In this document: positions 10,401-18,181 of the stretch, piece after piece
Position numbering within the stretch: the first letter of the stretch is position 1
Layout of the letters: every line of letters starts with the position of its first letter
Origin: Minisyncoccota bacterium
GTDB lineage: Bacteria > Patescibacteriota > Minisyncoccia > Phycocordibacterales > JABAAK01
DNA length: 64,000 nucleotides
Direction of reading: 5' to 3'
Assembly (NCBI GenBank): GCA_958295675.1
Contig: OY282360.1
Location: 261,466 to 325,465, forward strand
Program-made: the position numbers and the translations under genes
Notes under the pieces: generated by a model
What the model saw: only the letters and a program-made list of their open reading frames with translations
Told to the model about the DNA's origin: nothing
Databases searched by the model: none

Positions 10401-13400
10401 GGTGCACACGATGACGATGGACGATACAACAACAGAGGTGCGGTCTACCTCTTTCAAAAAACAGACGGTGTATGGGCGAAGACCCTGAAGATCTCTGACA
10501 ATAGCGGCGGCGAGGGATTACTTAATATCGATTTGAGTAGAAGTGACGACTTCGGCTCAGCCGTCTCCTTCTCGGGAGACGGCACCGTACTGGCAGTAGG
10601 TGCGGATGGTGACGATGAAGGCGCGGTGTACCTCTTTCAAAAAACAAATGGCTCCTGGGCGAAGACCTTGAAGATCTCTGACAATGACGGCGGTGAGGGA
10701 TTACTGGATATCAATTTGAGCATATTTGACAACTTCGGCACCGCCGTATCTCTTTCCGCGGACGGCACCGCACTAGCGGTTGGTACGGGTGATAACATCA
10801 GTAGCAAAGGCGCGGTGTACCTCTTTCAAAAGACAAATGGCTCCTGGGCGAAGACCCTGAAGATCTCTGACAACGGCGGCGGCACAGAACTTTTGGATAT
10901 CAATTTGAGCGACAGTGACAGCTTCGGCTCCGCCGTCTCCTTCTCGGGAGACGGCACCGTACTGGCAGTAGGTGCGGATGGTGACGATGACGGCAACAAC
11001 AGCGACATAAATGCCAATAGAGGCGCGGTCTACACATTCGATGTCTCGCCGACTTCAACTACATCTGCGACTGTCACCGCCGTTGACACTGAAGACAGCA
11101 GCACCATGAAATATAAAAAGGTGAGTGGCACCGCCTGCACGGCGACACAGTTCGCAAGCGGTACAGGAACACCGTATGCCGAGAAGGATGCAATTACCGT
11201 CACCAGTGAAACAGATAATAACAAACGGTTTTGTTTCAGGTCGGAAGACGGAGTAGGGAATATCGGTTACGGTATCTCCGCGACAATTGCCGGTATAGAC
11301 ACCACCGCACCGACACTTATTGCTTTCAAAATAGGCACCGGCAGTACCGCGACCTATAAAGTCAGTGCCACGGACAACTCACCCGTCACCGGCAAGACCA
11401 AGGATAATATCGCAGCAGGCAGCTGTACCGACACGACCACAACCGACAACACCTGGACCAGTTACACCCCCGGAACAGAATCCGTCACAGCACACGATGA
11501 CAACGGCAGGTGCATCATTGTTATTGACGCGGCAGGGAACAAGAAAGCACAGCACCTATCGGATAGTGATAACAGCTATCAGACACCGTCCGCAGCGGTG
11601 ACCGGCATAAATTTGCAGGACGGCTCTGATACCGGAGCGGATAATGACAATATCACCTCCGACACCACCGCGCCGGTGATTGAATTTACAGCAACCGCAA
11701 GTGCCACGACAACCGGACGGTGGAGAAAACAGGACGGAGAGTGGAGTTCAACAACCGCCACCACCAATAGCGGCACTGTCACCACCACCCGAACCTACAC
11801 CCTCCCAAACCTGACAGGCGGTGACGGTGTATATGAGGTGGAGATAACACAAACTGAATCGGGGGAACCGGCAAACCCAACACTCTACACATTCACATTG
11901 GACACGAAAGCACCTACCGTGATACCTTTCACTGTCGCTCCCACTCCGGGCGACATTAACTACCTTGGTATTGACGACAGTATCACAGCCTCATTTCTCT
12001 TTAATGAGTCTATGGCAGTGTCACCGGTACTTACCGGAAAGTTCATCAACGACGAGACGGATATTCCAGCATCAGGAGGCAATCATCACACCATCACCGC
12101 CGTTCGCTACGACGCGACGACACAAACCCTCACACTTACCGTCAGGGATGCGGGACCTGATGTCGCCGTGGGTAACTTAAAGTATCAGATTACCAACGGC
12201 GCAGCAATCACTGACATAGCGGGCAACGCTCTCGGTACGCAGACCCGCACGATGTCTATCGACGATACGGCAATAGATACGACAAAACCCATACTCACCT
12301 CCACCAGAGTGGGTACCAGCAGCACCGCAACCTACATAGTCACCGCCACGGACACCTCACCCGTCACCGGAAAAACAAAAGACAATGTCATCTTGACAAA
12401 CTGTACTGACACCACAACCACCGATAACACATGGACATATTACACATCTGGAGAATATACCGGCACGGCAGACAACACCAATGGCAGATGTGTTATCATC
12501 ACGGACGCGGCAGGAAACAAGAAAGCACAGCATCTCTCAGACAGTGATAACACTGTGACGAGTGTTCCTATACTGACACTTGATCTCACCTCCGACACCG
12601 GCACTGACACCACCGACGACCATACAAGCGACACTACACCAGAGTTTACAGTGACCGGATCAACCGCGTACGGCGGTTCCGCGAACAACGAAGTACGCCT
12701 CTATCATAAGAACACCGCCTGCGGTACCCTCCCGACCGACATCACGACAATCACTGCACTCACCGGATGGACACTCTACAAAACAACCGCTACCTCCGCT
12801 ACCTCTTCCACTACCACAACCGGTATCACCTCCCAAACCGCGCTGACCACCACCGACGACCACTGTTTCCTTGCCATCTACTCAACCGACGGCTCAGCGA
12901 TAACACGATACGGACAACTTGATGTCGTCATAGACATCACTGCACCGACAGTCATCCCACACATCTCACCGTCGCTGCCGTCAGGCACGCCGACGAAGTT
13001 CTCACGCGCCGGTGATGTTGCGGTACAATTGGATAGTGGTGACGAATTCGGCTCCGCCGTATCTCTCTCCGCGGATGGCACCCTCATGGCAGTTGGTGCG
13101 TCACACGATGATGGCACCGACAGCAACAGAGGTGCGGTCTACCTCTTTCAAAAAACAAATGGCTCCTGGGCGAAGACCCTGAAGATCTCTGACAATGACG
13201 GTAGTGAAGGATTGCTGGATATCAATTTGAGCAACGGTGACAACTTCGGCTCCGCCGTATCTCTCTCTGCGGACGGCACCATACTGGCAGTCGGTGCGGA
13301 TGGTGACGATGACGGTGCGGTGTACCTCTTTCAAAAAACAAATGGCTCCTGGGCAAAGACCCTGAAAATCTCTGACAATGGCGGTGGCGAGGGATTACTG

Positions 13401-16400
13401 GATATTGATTTGAGTGCAGGTATATTTGACAATAATTTCGGCTCCGCCGTATCTCTCTCTGCGGACGGCACCGCACTGGCGGTTGGTGCGGATGGTGACA
13501 ATAACAATGACGGTGCGGTCTACCTCTTTCAAAAATCAGGCAACACATGGGCAAAGACCCTGAAAATCTCACACACCGGTGATGTTGCGGTACCATTGGA
13601 TGATTGGGACTTCTTCGGTTCCGCCGTGTCTCTCTCTGCGGACGGCACCACACTGGCGGTTGGTGCGTCACGCGATGATGATGGCAACAACAGCAGCATA
13701 AATGCCAATAGAGGCGCGGTCTATCTCTTTCAAAAATCAGGCAATACCTGGGCAAAGACCTTAAAAATCTCCGACAACGGCGGCGGCACAGAACTTTTGG
13801 ATATCAATTTGAGCGACAGTGACAGCTTCGGCTCCGCCGTCTCCTTCTCGGGAGACGGCACCACACTGGCAGTGGGTGTGGATGGTGACAATGAAGGTGC
13901 GGTGTACCTCTTTCAAAAAACAAATGGCTCCTGGGCGAAGACCTTGAAGATCTCTGACAACGGCGGCGGTGAGGGATTATTGGATATTGATTTGAGCAAC
14001 TATGACAACTTTGGCACTGCCGTATCCCTTTCTGTTGACGGCACGCTGGTGGCAGTAGGTGCGGATGGCGATTATGAAGGTGCGGTCTACACATTCGATG
14101 TCTCGCCGACTTCAACTACATCTGCGACTGTCACCGCCGTTGACACTGAAGACAGCAGCACCATGAAATATAAAAAGGTGAGTGGCACCGCCTGCACAGC
14201 GACACAGTTCACGGGCGATACAGGAACACCATATACCGAAGGTGATGCGATTACCGTCACCAGTGAAACAGATAATAACAAACGGTTTTGTTTCAGGTCG
14301 GAAGACGGAGCGGGGAACATCGGTTACGGTATTTCTATCACTCCGAATATAGACACCACTGCCCCCACACTCACCCCCACCAAAGTAGGCATCGGCAATG
14401 CAGCGACCTACAAAGTCAGTGCCACGGATGTCTCACCACCCCTCACCGGTAGAACAAAAGACAATGTCGCCTTGGTCGACTGTACCGACAGCGCGGTAAC
14501 GACAACCTCTGCGGGCTGGTCGGATTACACTCCCGGAACAGACACCGGCACTGCCGATGACACCAACGGCAGGTGTGTCATCATCACGGACGCGGTGGGG
14601 AACAGCAAAGCCCAGCATCTCTCAGACAGTGATAATACGATAACGGGTGTTCCCGCACTGACACTTGATCTCACTTCCGACACCGGCGACACCACCGATG
14701 ACCATACAAGCGACACCACGCCCGCGTTCACGGTGACGGGATTAACCGCGTACGGCGGCTCCGCGAACAACGAAGTGCGTCTCTACCACAAGAACACTGC
14801 TTGCGGCATCCTCCCGACCGCCATCACGACTATCGCCGGTCTCACCGACTGGACACTCTATAAAACAACCGATGTCTCCGCCGCCTCTTCCACCACCACA
14901 ACCGGCATCACTTCAGGAACCGCGCTGACCACCACCGACGAGCACTGTTTCCTTGCTGTCTACTCAACCGACGGCTCGGCAATAACACGACACGGACAGC
15001 TTGATGTCGTTATAGACACCACCACGCCGACGGTCATCCCCCACATCATACCCTCCCTCCCGTCAGGCACGCCGACAAAGTTCTCGCATACCAGTGATGT
15101 CGCGGTGACACTAGATGATGATGACCGTTTCGGCAGTGCAGTTGCATTCTCTGCGGATGGCACCCTCATGGCGGTGGGTGCATACGGCGACGATGACGGC
15201 GGTACCGATAACAACAGCAATAGAGGTGCGGTGTACCTCTTTCAAAAAACAAATAGCTCCTGGGCGAAGACCCTAAAGATCTCTGACAATAACAACGGTT
15301 CAGGATTATTGGATATTGATTTGGATAATAGCGACCGTTTCGGCACTACCACCTCCCTTTCCGCTGACGGCACCATGCTGGCAGTGGGTGCGTACGGCGA
15401 CGATGACGGTGGCACCAACCGAGGCGCGATCTATCTCTTTCAAAAAACGGGCAATACCTGGGCGAAGACCTTAAAAATCTCCGACAACGCCGGTGGTTCA
15501 GGATTGTTGGATATCAATTTAAGTGATTATGACCGCTTCGGTCGCGCTGTCTCCCTTTCCGCCGACGGCACCATGCTGGTAGCGGGTTCGTACGGTGACG
15601 ATGACGGCGGTACCACGAGCGACCGTAACAGAGGTGCGGTCTATCTCTTTCAAAAAACAGGCGATACCTGGGCAAAGACCTTAAAAATATCCGACAACGG
15701 CGGCGGTGAGGGATTATTGGACATCAATTTGGACAACAATGATCGCTTCGGCGTCGCTGCCTCTCTTTCCGCCGACGGCACTATGTTGGCAGTGGGAGCA
15801 TACTATGATGACGATGGTCATGCAAGTGTTGACAGAGGCGCGGTCTACCTCTTTCAAAAAACAAACGGTACCTGGACGAAGACCCTGAAAATCTCCGACA
15901 ATGATGACAGTGAGGGATTATTGGACATCAATTTGGACAACAATGATGAATTCGGCAACGCCATCTCCTTTTCCGCAGACGGTACCATGCTGGCAGTGGG
16001 TGCACACGATGACGATGACGGTGGACAACACAATAACAGAGGCGCGGTCTACCTCTTTCAAAAAACAGGCGGTACATGGGCAAAGACCTTAAAAATCTCC
16101 GACAACGATGGCGGCAAAGAACTATTGGATATCAATTTGCGCAACCATGACTTCTTCGGCTCCGCCGTCTCCTTCTCGGGAGACGGAACCATGCTGGCGG
16201 TGGGAGCAGATCATAATGATGACGGTAGCAGTAACAGCTATGAGAGAGGCGCGGTCTACGCATTCAGCGTATCGCCGAAACTGACCGCTTCCGCGACGGT
16301 CACCGCCGTTGACACTGAGGACAGCAGCACGATGAAATATATGAAAACTACCGGCACCTCCTGTACATCCGCGCAGTTTGCGGGCGGCACAGGAACACCA

Positions 16401-17774
16401 TATACCGAAGGAGACGAGATTACCGTCGCCACTGAAGCGGACAACAACAAACGGTTTTGTTTTAAGTCGGAAGACGGAGCAGGGAATAGCAGTTACGGTA
16501 TCTCCGCCGTCCTGAACATAGACACCACTGCCCCCGTGCTCACCCCGATCAGAACGGGCACCGGCAGCACCGCGACCTACATAGTCACTGCCACGGATGT
16601 CTCACCGCCCCTCACCGGAAAAACAAGAGATAATATCGCCTCGGGAAGCTGCACCGACACCCTCTACACCTTCCTCACCAGTTACTTTTGGTCGGACTAC
16701 ACCCCCGGAACGAATGTTGGCACCGCAGACGACACCAACGGCAGGTGTGTCATCATCACGGATGCGGCAGGCAACAGCAAAGCCCAGCATCTCTCGGACA
16801 GCGACAACACGATTGAGAGCGACTTCACCCTGGACATCACCGGCAACGACACCGCCAACTATCTGGATGCCATTGTCCACTACTATTACGCGCAAAACCC
16901 GAGCGATGAGTCAGCGGGCGGTGCGGTCATGGCGAATTTCATCAATGCAAACGACTCACCGGCGAAGACAGGGACCCCGATCACCACGGCAACTATCTAC
17001 ACAACGATGCAGGATTCCGCCACGACGCGTGATTTCACCGGCAACGGCACGGCAAACTATCTGGATGCCATTGTTCACTACTACTACGCGCAGAACCCGC
17101 TCGATCAGTCAGCGGGCGGCGCAGTTATGGCGAACTTTATCAACGCGAACGACTCACCGGCGAAGACAGGGGTTCCGACCACCACGGAAGCTATCTACAC
17201 GCTGCTTCAAGGATTAGGGGGGAGATCGGGCGATTCTTCCGATAGAATCGCGGTTTCCACATCCGCCGTTATCCAGGACTTTTCGGATGGCAGTAACCAA
17301 AAACTCTATGAGTTTACCATTGCCGCGGATGATGCAGGTGATGTCTATCTCGGTCAGGTTGCCCTCACATTCACCGGTGCACACAGTAAGCTCGGCACGG
17401 TGAATATTCGTCGCGGAACATTAACCAGTTCGCCTGTGGTTGCTTCAGGATCTCCTGCTTCAGAACCTGTGAAATTCCCGTTCACCAATGTTGAGACCAT
17501 TGATTCCGGTGAATCGGTAACATTCTCAGTAACCGCTCCTGTGTCCGGTGTCGCTGACGACGAATCTATCACGATTGAGCTTGCTGCAGACAGTGAACCG
17601 ACTGCTGCGAATAAAGTTGGTCAGGAATTCACAGATGCGAAAGATGACTTCAACTTTGTCTGGTCGCCGAATTCGTTAGATAACGAAGGTGCGATAAGTA
17701 ACAACGCCGACTGGTTCTCCGGTTGGGCTGTCTTTGACGATGTTGAGGGCTGGACAAGTGACGAGGATAACTAA
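7401..17774 (+). CDS. Giant secreted surface protein G1 (3457 aa): signal peptide, acidic stalk with 2 cadherin-like domains, Ig-like domains, three FG-GAP beta-propeller modules, C-terminal tandem dockerin-like modules plus a unique 186-aa tail
   Basis: Uninterrupted 10.4-kb ORF with signal-like N-terminus 'MYITQNIFWSRATAWCVSIAMLFSVVGPATHAQ'. Cadherin-like units follow the pattern 'LSGLTVSxTNLNEPFDAETTxYTADVAN..VTV..TPTDD...EGENTVTITVTAxDGVTxQTYxLTxTR'. FG-GAP blades repeat as 'FGSAVSLSADGTxLAVGA..DDDG..RGAVYLFQKTNGSWAKTLKISD'. Confidence 0.85.
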   Translation: MYITQNIFWSRATAWCVSIAMLFSVVGPATHAQTQQEPPEQQAEAPPERVSDDDEEEEEPAEQEEEQEEDEEEEVVPTATLSGLTVSETNLNEPFDAETTAYTADVANTIETVTVSATPTDDTATVTYDPTDADTEEEGHQIALTEGENTVTAEDAAATQTYILTVTRAAEEEPVEEESEPEGDDATEPADDTTNEQADDEEEESNEDGEEEGEEENEEQEESEEEEEPVEQEEEEQEETITPPTLNGLTVSDTNLNEPFDAETTTYTVDVANDIENVTVTPTADDTMTVAFTDTTDTDTEEEGHQVALTVGENTVTITVTAQDGVTAQTYILTITRAAEESEHEDEEETEEEQETPEPTVEPAPEQSQPEAQRQQAQLPDDDTSDTQANPNGPLLIALKPSSDSHRHGTITAVTALPGSPTTGTVIRFTASASSLANTVDTDGSTAKTTAAANDMFQYNDTKWVFMGNGATTVGISSDVDGITNDDTPTFVVKSADGNTFGGGRDDEAFIAKHAGACSSVTIPNNSLNGLNRNHAEYIFRSRSGWTEIDSFDMDLDRGGYSAAASFELTSDELTAGKYCFIAFYTDNGRATANTSTGLTVTIDNSITTPSLSISSGTGTATPTVTVTNLENNAKVRLYTSSNCSTGTALGSGDTTVGASTRVNIDLTGRSVGDIFYAKHTDVAGNTACRSGVTNIPGLTLDLTSDTGTDTTDDHTSDTTPEFTVTGSTAYGGSANNEVRLYHKNTACGTLPPVTTIAGLTGWTLYKTTDVSASSVTSTAGITSGTALTTADEHCFLAVYSADGSAITRYGQLDVVIDTTAPTIIPHISPSLPSGTPTKFSHAGDVAVPLDDWEFFGSTVSLSADGTLMAVGASRDDDGGTDSNRGAVYLFQKTNGSWAKTLKISDNGGGEGLLDINLSDYDYFGSAVSFSGDGTVLAVGADGDDDGAVHLFQKTNGSWAKTLKISDNDGGEGLLDINLGDNDNFGSAVSLSADGTALAVGAHDDDGRYNNRGAVYLFQKTDGVWAKTLKISDNSGGEGLLNIDLSRSDDFGSAVSFSGDGTVLAVGADGDDEGAVYLFQKTNGSWAKTLKISDNDGGEGLLDINLSIFDNFGTAVSLSADGTALAVGTGDNISSKGAVYLFQKTNGSWAKTLKISDNGGGTELLDINLSDSDSFGSAVSFSGDGTVLAVGADGDDDGNNSDINANRGAVYTFDVSPTSTTSATVTAVDTEDSSTMKYKKVSGTACTATQFASGTGTPYAEKDAITVTSETDNNKRFCFRSEDGVGNIGYGISATIAGIDTTAPTLIAFKIGTGSTATYKVSATDNSPVTGKTKDNIAAGSCTDTTTTDNTWTSYTPGTESVTAHDDNGRCIIVIDAAGNKKAQHLSDSDNSYQTPSAAVTGINLQDGSDTGADNDNITSDTTAPVIEFTATASATTTGRWRKQDGEWSSTTATTNSGTVTTTRTYTLPNLTGGDGVYEVEITQTESGEPANPTLYTFTLDTKAPTVIPFTVAPTPGDINYLGIDDSITASFLFNESMAVSPVLTGKFINDETDIPASGGNHHTITAVRYDATTQTLTLTVRDAGPDVAVGNLKYQITNGAAITDIAGNALGTQTRTMSIDDTAIDTTKPILTSTRVGTSSTATYIVTATDTSPVTGKTKDNVILTNCTDTTTTDNTWTYYTSGEYTGTADNTNGRCVIITDAAGNKKAQHLSDSDNTVTSVPILTLDLTSDTGTDTTDDHTSDTTPEFTVTGSTAYGGSANNEVRLYHKNTACGTLPTDITTITALTGWTLYKTTATSATSSTTTTGITSQTALTTTDDHCFLAIYSTDGSAITRYGQLDVVIDITAPTVIPHISPSLPSGTPTKFSRAGDVAVQLDSGDEFGSAVSLSADGTLMAVGASHDDGTDSNRGAVYLFQKTNGSWAKTLKISDNDGSEGLLDINLSNGDNFGSAVSLSADGTILAVGADGDDDGAVYLFQKTNGSWAKTLKISDNGGGEGLLDIDLSAGIFDNNFGSAVSLSADGTALAVGADGDNNNDGAVYLFQKSGNTWAKTLKISHTGDVAVPLDDWDFFGSAVSLSADGTTLAVGASRDDDGNNSSINANRGAVYLFQKSGNTWAKTLKISDNGGGTELLDINLSDSDSFGSAVSFSGDGTTLAVGVDGDNEGAVYLFQKTNGSWAKTLKISDNGGGEGLLDIDLSNYDNFGTAVSLSVDGTLVAVGADGDYEGAVYTFDVSPTSTTSATVTAVDTEDSSTMKYKKVSGTACTATQFTGDTGTPYTEGDAITVTSETDNNKRFCFRSEDGAGNIGYGISITPNIDTTAPTLTPTKVGIGNAATYKVSATDVSPPLTGRTKDNVALVDCTDSAVTTTSAGWSDYTPGTDTGTADDTNGRCVIITDAVGNSKAQHLSDSDNTITGVPALTLDLTSDTGDTTDDHTSDTTPAFTVTGLTAYGGSANNEVRLYHKNTACGILPTAITTIAGLTDWTLYKTTDVSAASSTTTTGITSGTALTTTDEHCFLAVYSTDGSAITRHGQLDVVIDTTTPTVIPHIIPSLPSGTPTKFSHTSDVAVTLDDDDRFGSAVAFSADGTLMAVGAYGDDDGGTDNNSNRGAVYLFQKTNSSWAKTLKISDNNNGSGLLDIDLDNSDRFGTTTSLSADGTMLAVGAYGDDDGGTNRGAIYLFQKTGNTWAKTLKISDNAGGSGLLDINLSDYDRFGRAVSLSADGTMLVAGSYGDDDGGTTSDRNRGAVYLFQKTGDTWAKTLKISDNGGGEGLLDINLDNNDRFGVAASLSADGTMLAVGAYYDDDGHASVDRGAVYLFQKTNGTWTKTLKISDNDDSEGLLDINLDNNDEFGNAISFSADGTMLAVGAHDDDDGGQHNNRGAVYLFQKTGGTWAKTLKISDNDGGKELLDINLRNHDFFGSAVSFSGDGTMLAVGADHNDDGSSNSYERGAVYAFSVSPKLTASATVTAVDTEDSSTMKYMKTTGTSCTSAQFAGGTGTPYTEGDEITVATEADNNKRFCFKSEDGAGNSSYGISAVLNIDTTAPVLTPIRTGTGSTATYIVTATDVSPPLTGKTRDNIASGSCTDTLYTFLTSYFWSDYTPGTNVGTADDTNGRCVIITDAAGNSKAQHLSDSDNTIESDFTLDITGNDTANYLDAIVHYYYAQNPSDESAGGAVMANFINANDSPAKTGTPITTATIYTTMQDSATTRDFTGNGTANYLDAIVHYYYAQNPLDQSAGGAVMANFINANDSPAKTGVPTTTEAIYTLLQGLGGRSGDSSDRIAVSTSAVIQDFSDGSNQKLYEFTIAADDAGDVYLGQVALTFTGAHSKLGTVNIRRGTLTSSPVVASGSPASEPVKFPFTNVETIDSGESVTFSVTAPVSGVADDESITIELAADSEPTAANKVGQEFTDAKDDFNFVWSPNSLDNEGAISNNADWFSGWAVFDDVEGWTSDEDN
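7626..7904 (+). repeat. Cadherin-like beta-sandwich domain 1 of G1 (carries a 5-codon in-frame deletion relative to paralogous units)
   Basis: 'ENTVTAEDAAATQTY' here versus 'ENTVTITVTAEDGVTVQTY' in the other copies. Confidence 0.6.
8127..8411 (+). repeat. Cadherin-like beta-sandwich domain 2 of G1
   Basis: Same about 95-aa unit flanked by poly-Glu/Asp linkers. Confidence 0.6.
9930..11045 (+). repeat. FG-GAP beta-propeller module A of G1 (about 7 blades, near-identical at nt level)
   Basis: Tandem about 180-bp units contain 'ggcgcggtctacctctttcaaaaaacaaatggctcctgggcgaagaccctgaagatctctgacaatg'. Confidence 0.65.
12990..14100 (+). repeat. FG-GAP beta-propeller module B of G1 (about 9 blades, with an internal restart of the propeller-start motif)
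   Basis: The propeller-start motif 'AGDVAV(P/Q)LD..FGSAVSLSADG' appears at 13000 and again at 13570 ('HTGDVAVPLDDWDFFGS'). Confidence 0.6.
15090..16265 (+). repeat. FG-GAP beta-propeller module C of G1
   Basis: Blades 'RFGxAxSLSADGTMLAVGAYGDDDGG..RGAVYLFQKTG.TWAKTLKISDN', more diverged than modules A and B. Confidence 0.6.
16821..17211 (+). other. C-terminal tandem dockerin-like calcium-loop modules (2 x about 62 aa) of G1
   Basis: 'DITGNDTANYLDAIVHYYYAQNP..AGGAVMANFINANDSP' occurs twice. 'D-x-T-G-N-G-T-x-N-Y-L-D-x-x-x-x-x-Y' aligns to the dockerin F-hand loop/helix 'D-V-N-G-D-G-x-V-N-x-x-D-x-x-x-L-x-x-Y'. The module is conserved at the C-terminus of G1-G6. Confidence 0.5.
17212..17771 (+). 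other. Unique 186-aa C-terminal extension of G1 ending '...NADWFSGWAVFDDVEGWTSDEDN'
   Basis: Present only in G1. A 60-bp relic of its end survives untranslated downstream of G2 (22330-22427). Confidence 0.5.
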
Positions 17775-17868
17775 GGTGTAGTGAGTTCTGTCGGTGCCGA
17801 GGATGGTTGATATATGCGTGATGTGTTTTTTGTGCATACACATATATTATTCTGTTACCATACAATAC

Positions 17869-18009
17869 ATGGAATATAGTATTTCTCAGATAATAGTACT
17901 TGGTGTGATAATAGGCGGAGCAATATGCGTGAGATTGCTTATCCAACGGATAAGAAGAAAAATGATAAAAAAATTACTTACGAACTTGAGAAAGAATATA
18001 CTGAGATAA
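17869..18009 (+). CDS. Small conserved single-TM protein (46 aa), copy 1
   Basis: 'MEYSISQIIVLGVIIGGAICVRLLIQRIRRKMIKKLLTNLRKNILR' has one TM helix and a basic tail. A paralog at 22501-22644 differs by conservative substitutions and a 1-codon in-frame indel. Confidence 0.4.
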   Translation: MEYSISQIIVLGVIIGGAICVRLLIQRIRRKMIKKLLTNLRKNILR

Positions 18010-18094
18010 TTGGACAGGTGCGCAGTGTGATGTTGCGCGATAGCAAAAGCAGATGATACGGCAACGGACATATTCGACACACTGCATACGCTGG

Positions 18095-18181
18095 CAGGGA
18101 GGTAGGATTATCCACCTCCAATACATGATGTGATAATATAACAAGTATACTACCCATGTGTACAGCACAGGTATAGGTAGT
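18095..18181 (+). promoter_or_regulatory. Conserved promoter/5'-leader cassette upstream of G2 (degenerate copy)
   Basis: 'taggattatccacc...gataatataacaagtatactacccatgtgtacagcacaggtataggtagt' then ATG. Homologous to the cassettes at 23125, 34478, 37381 and 43331. Confidence 0.5.
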
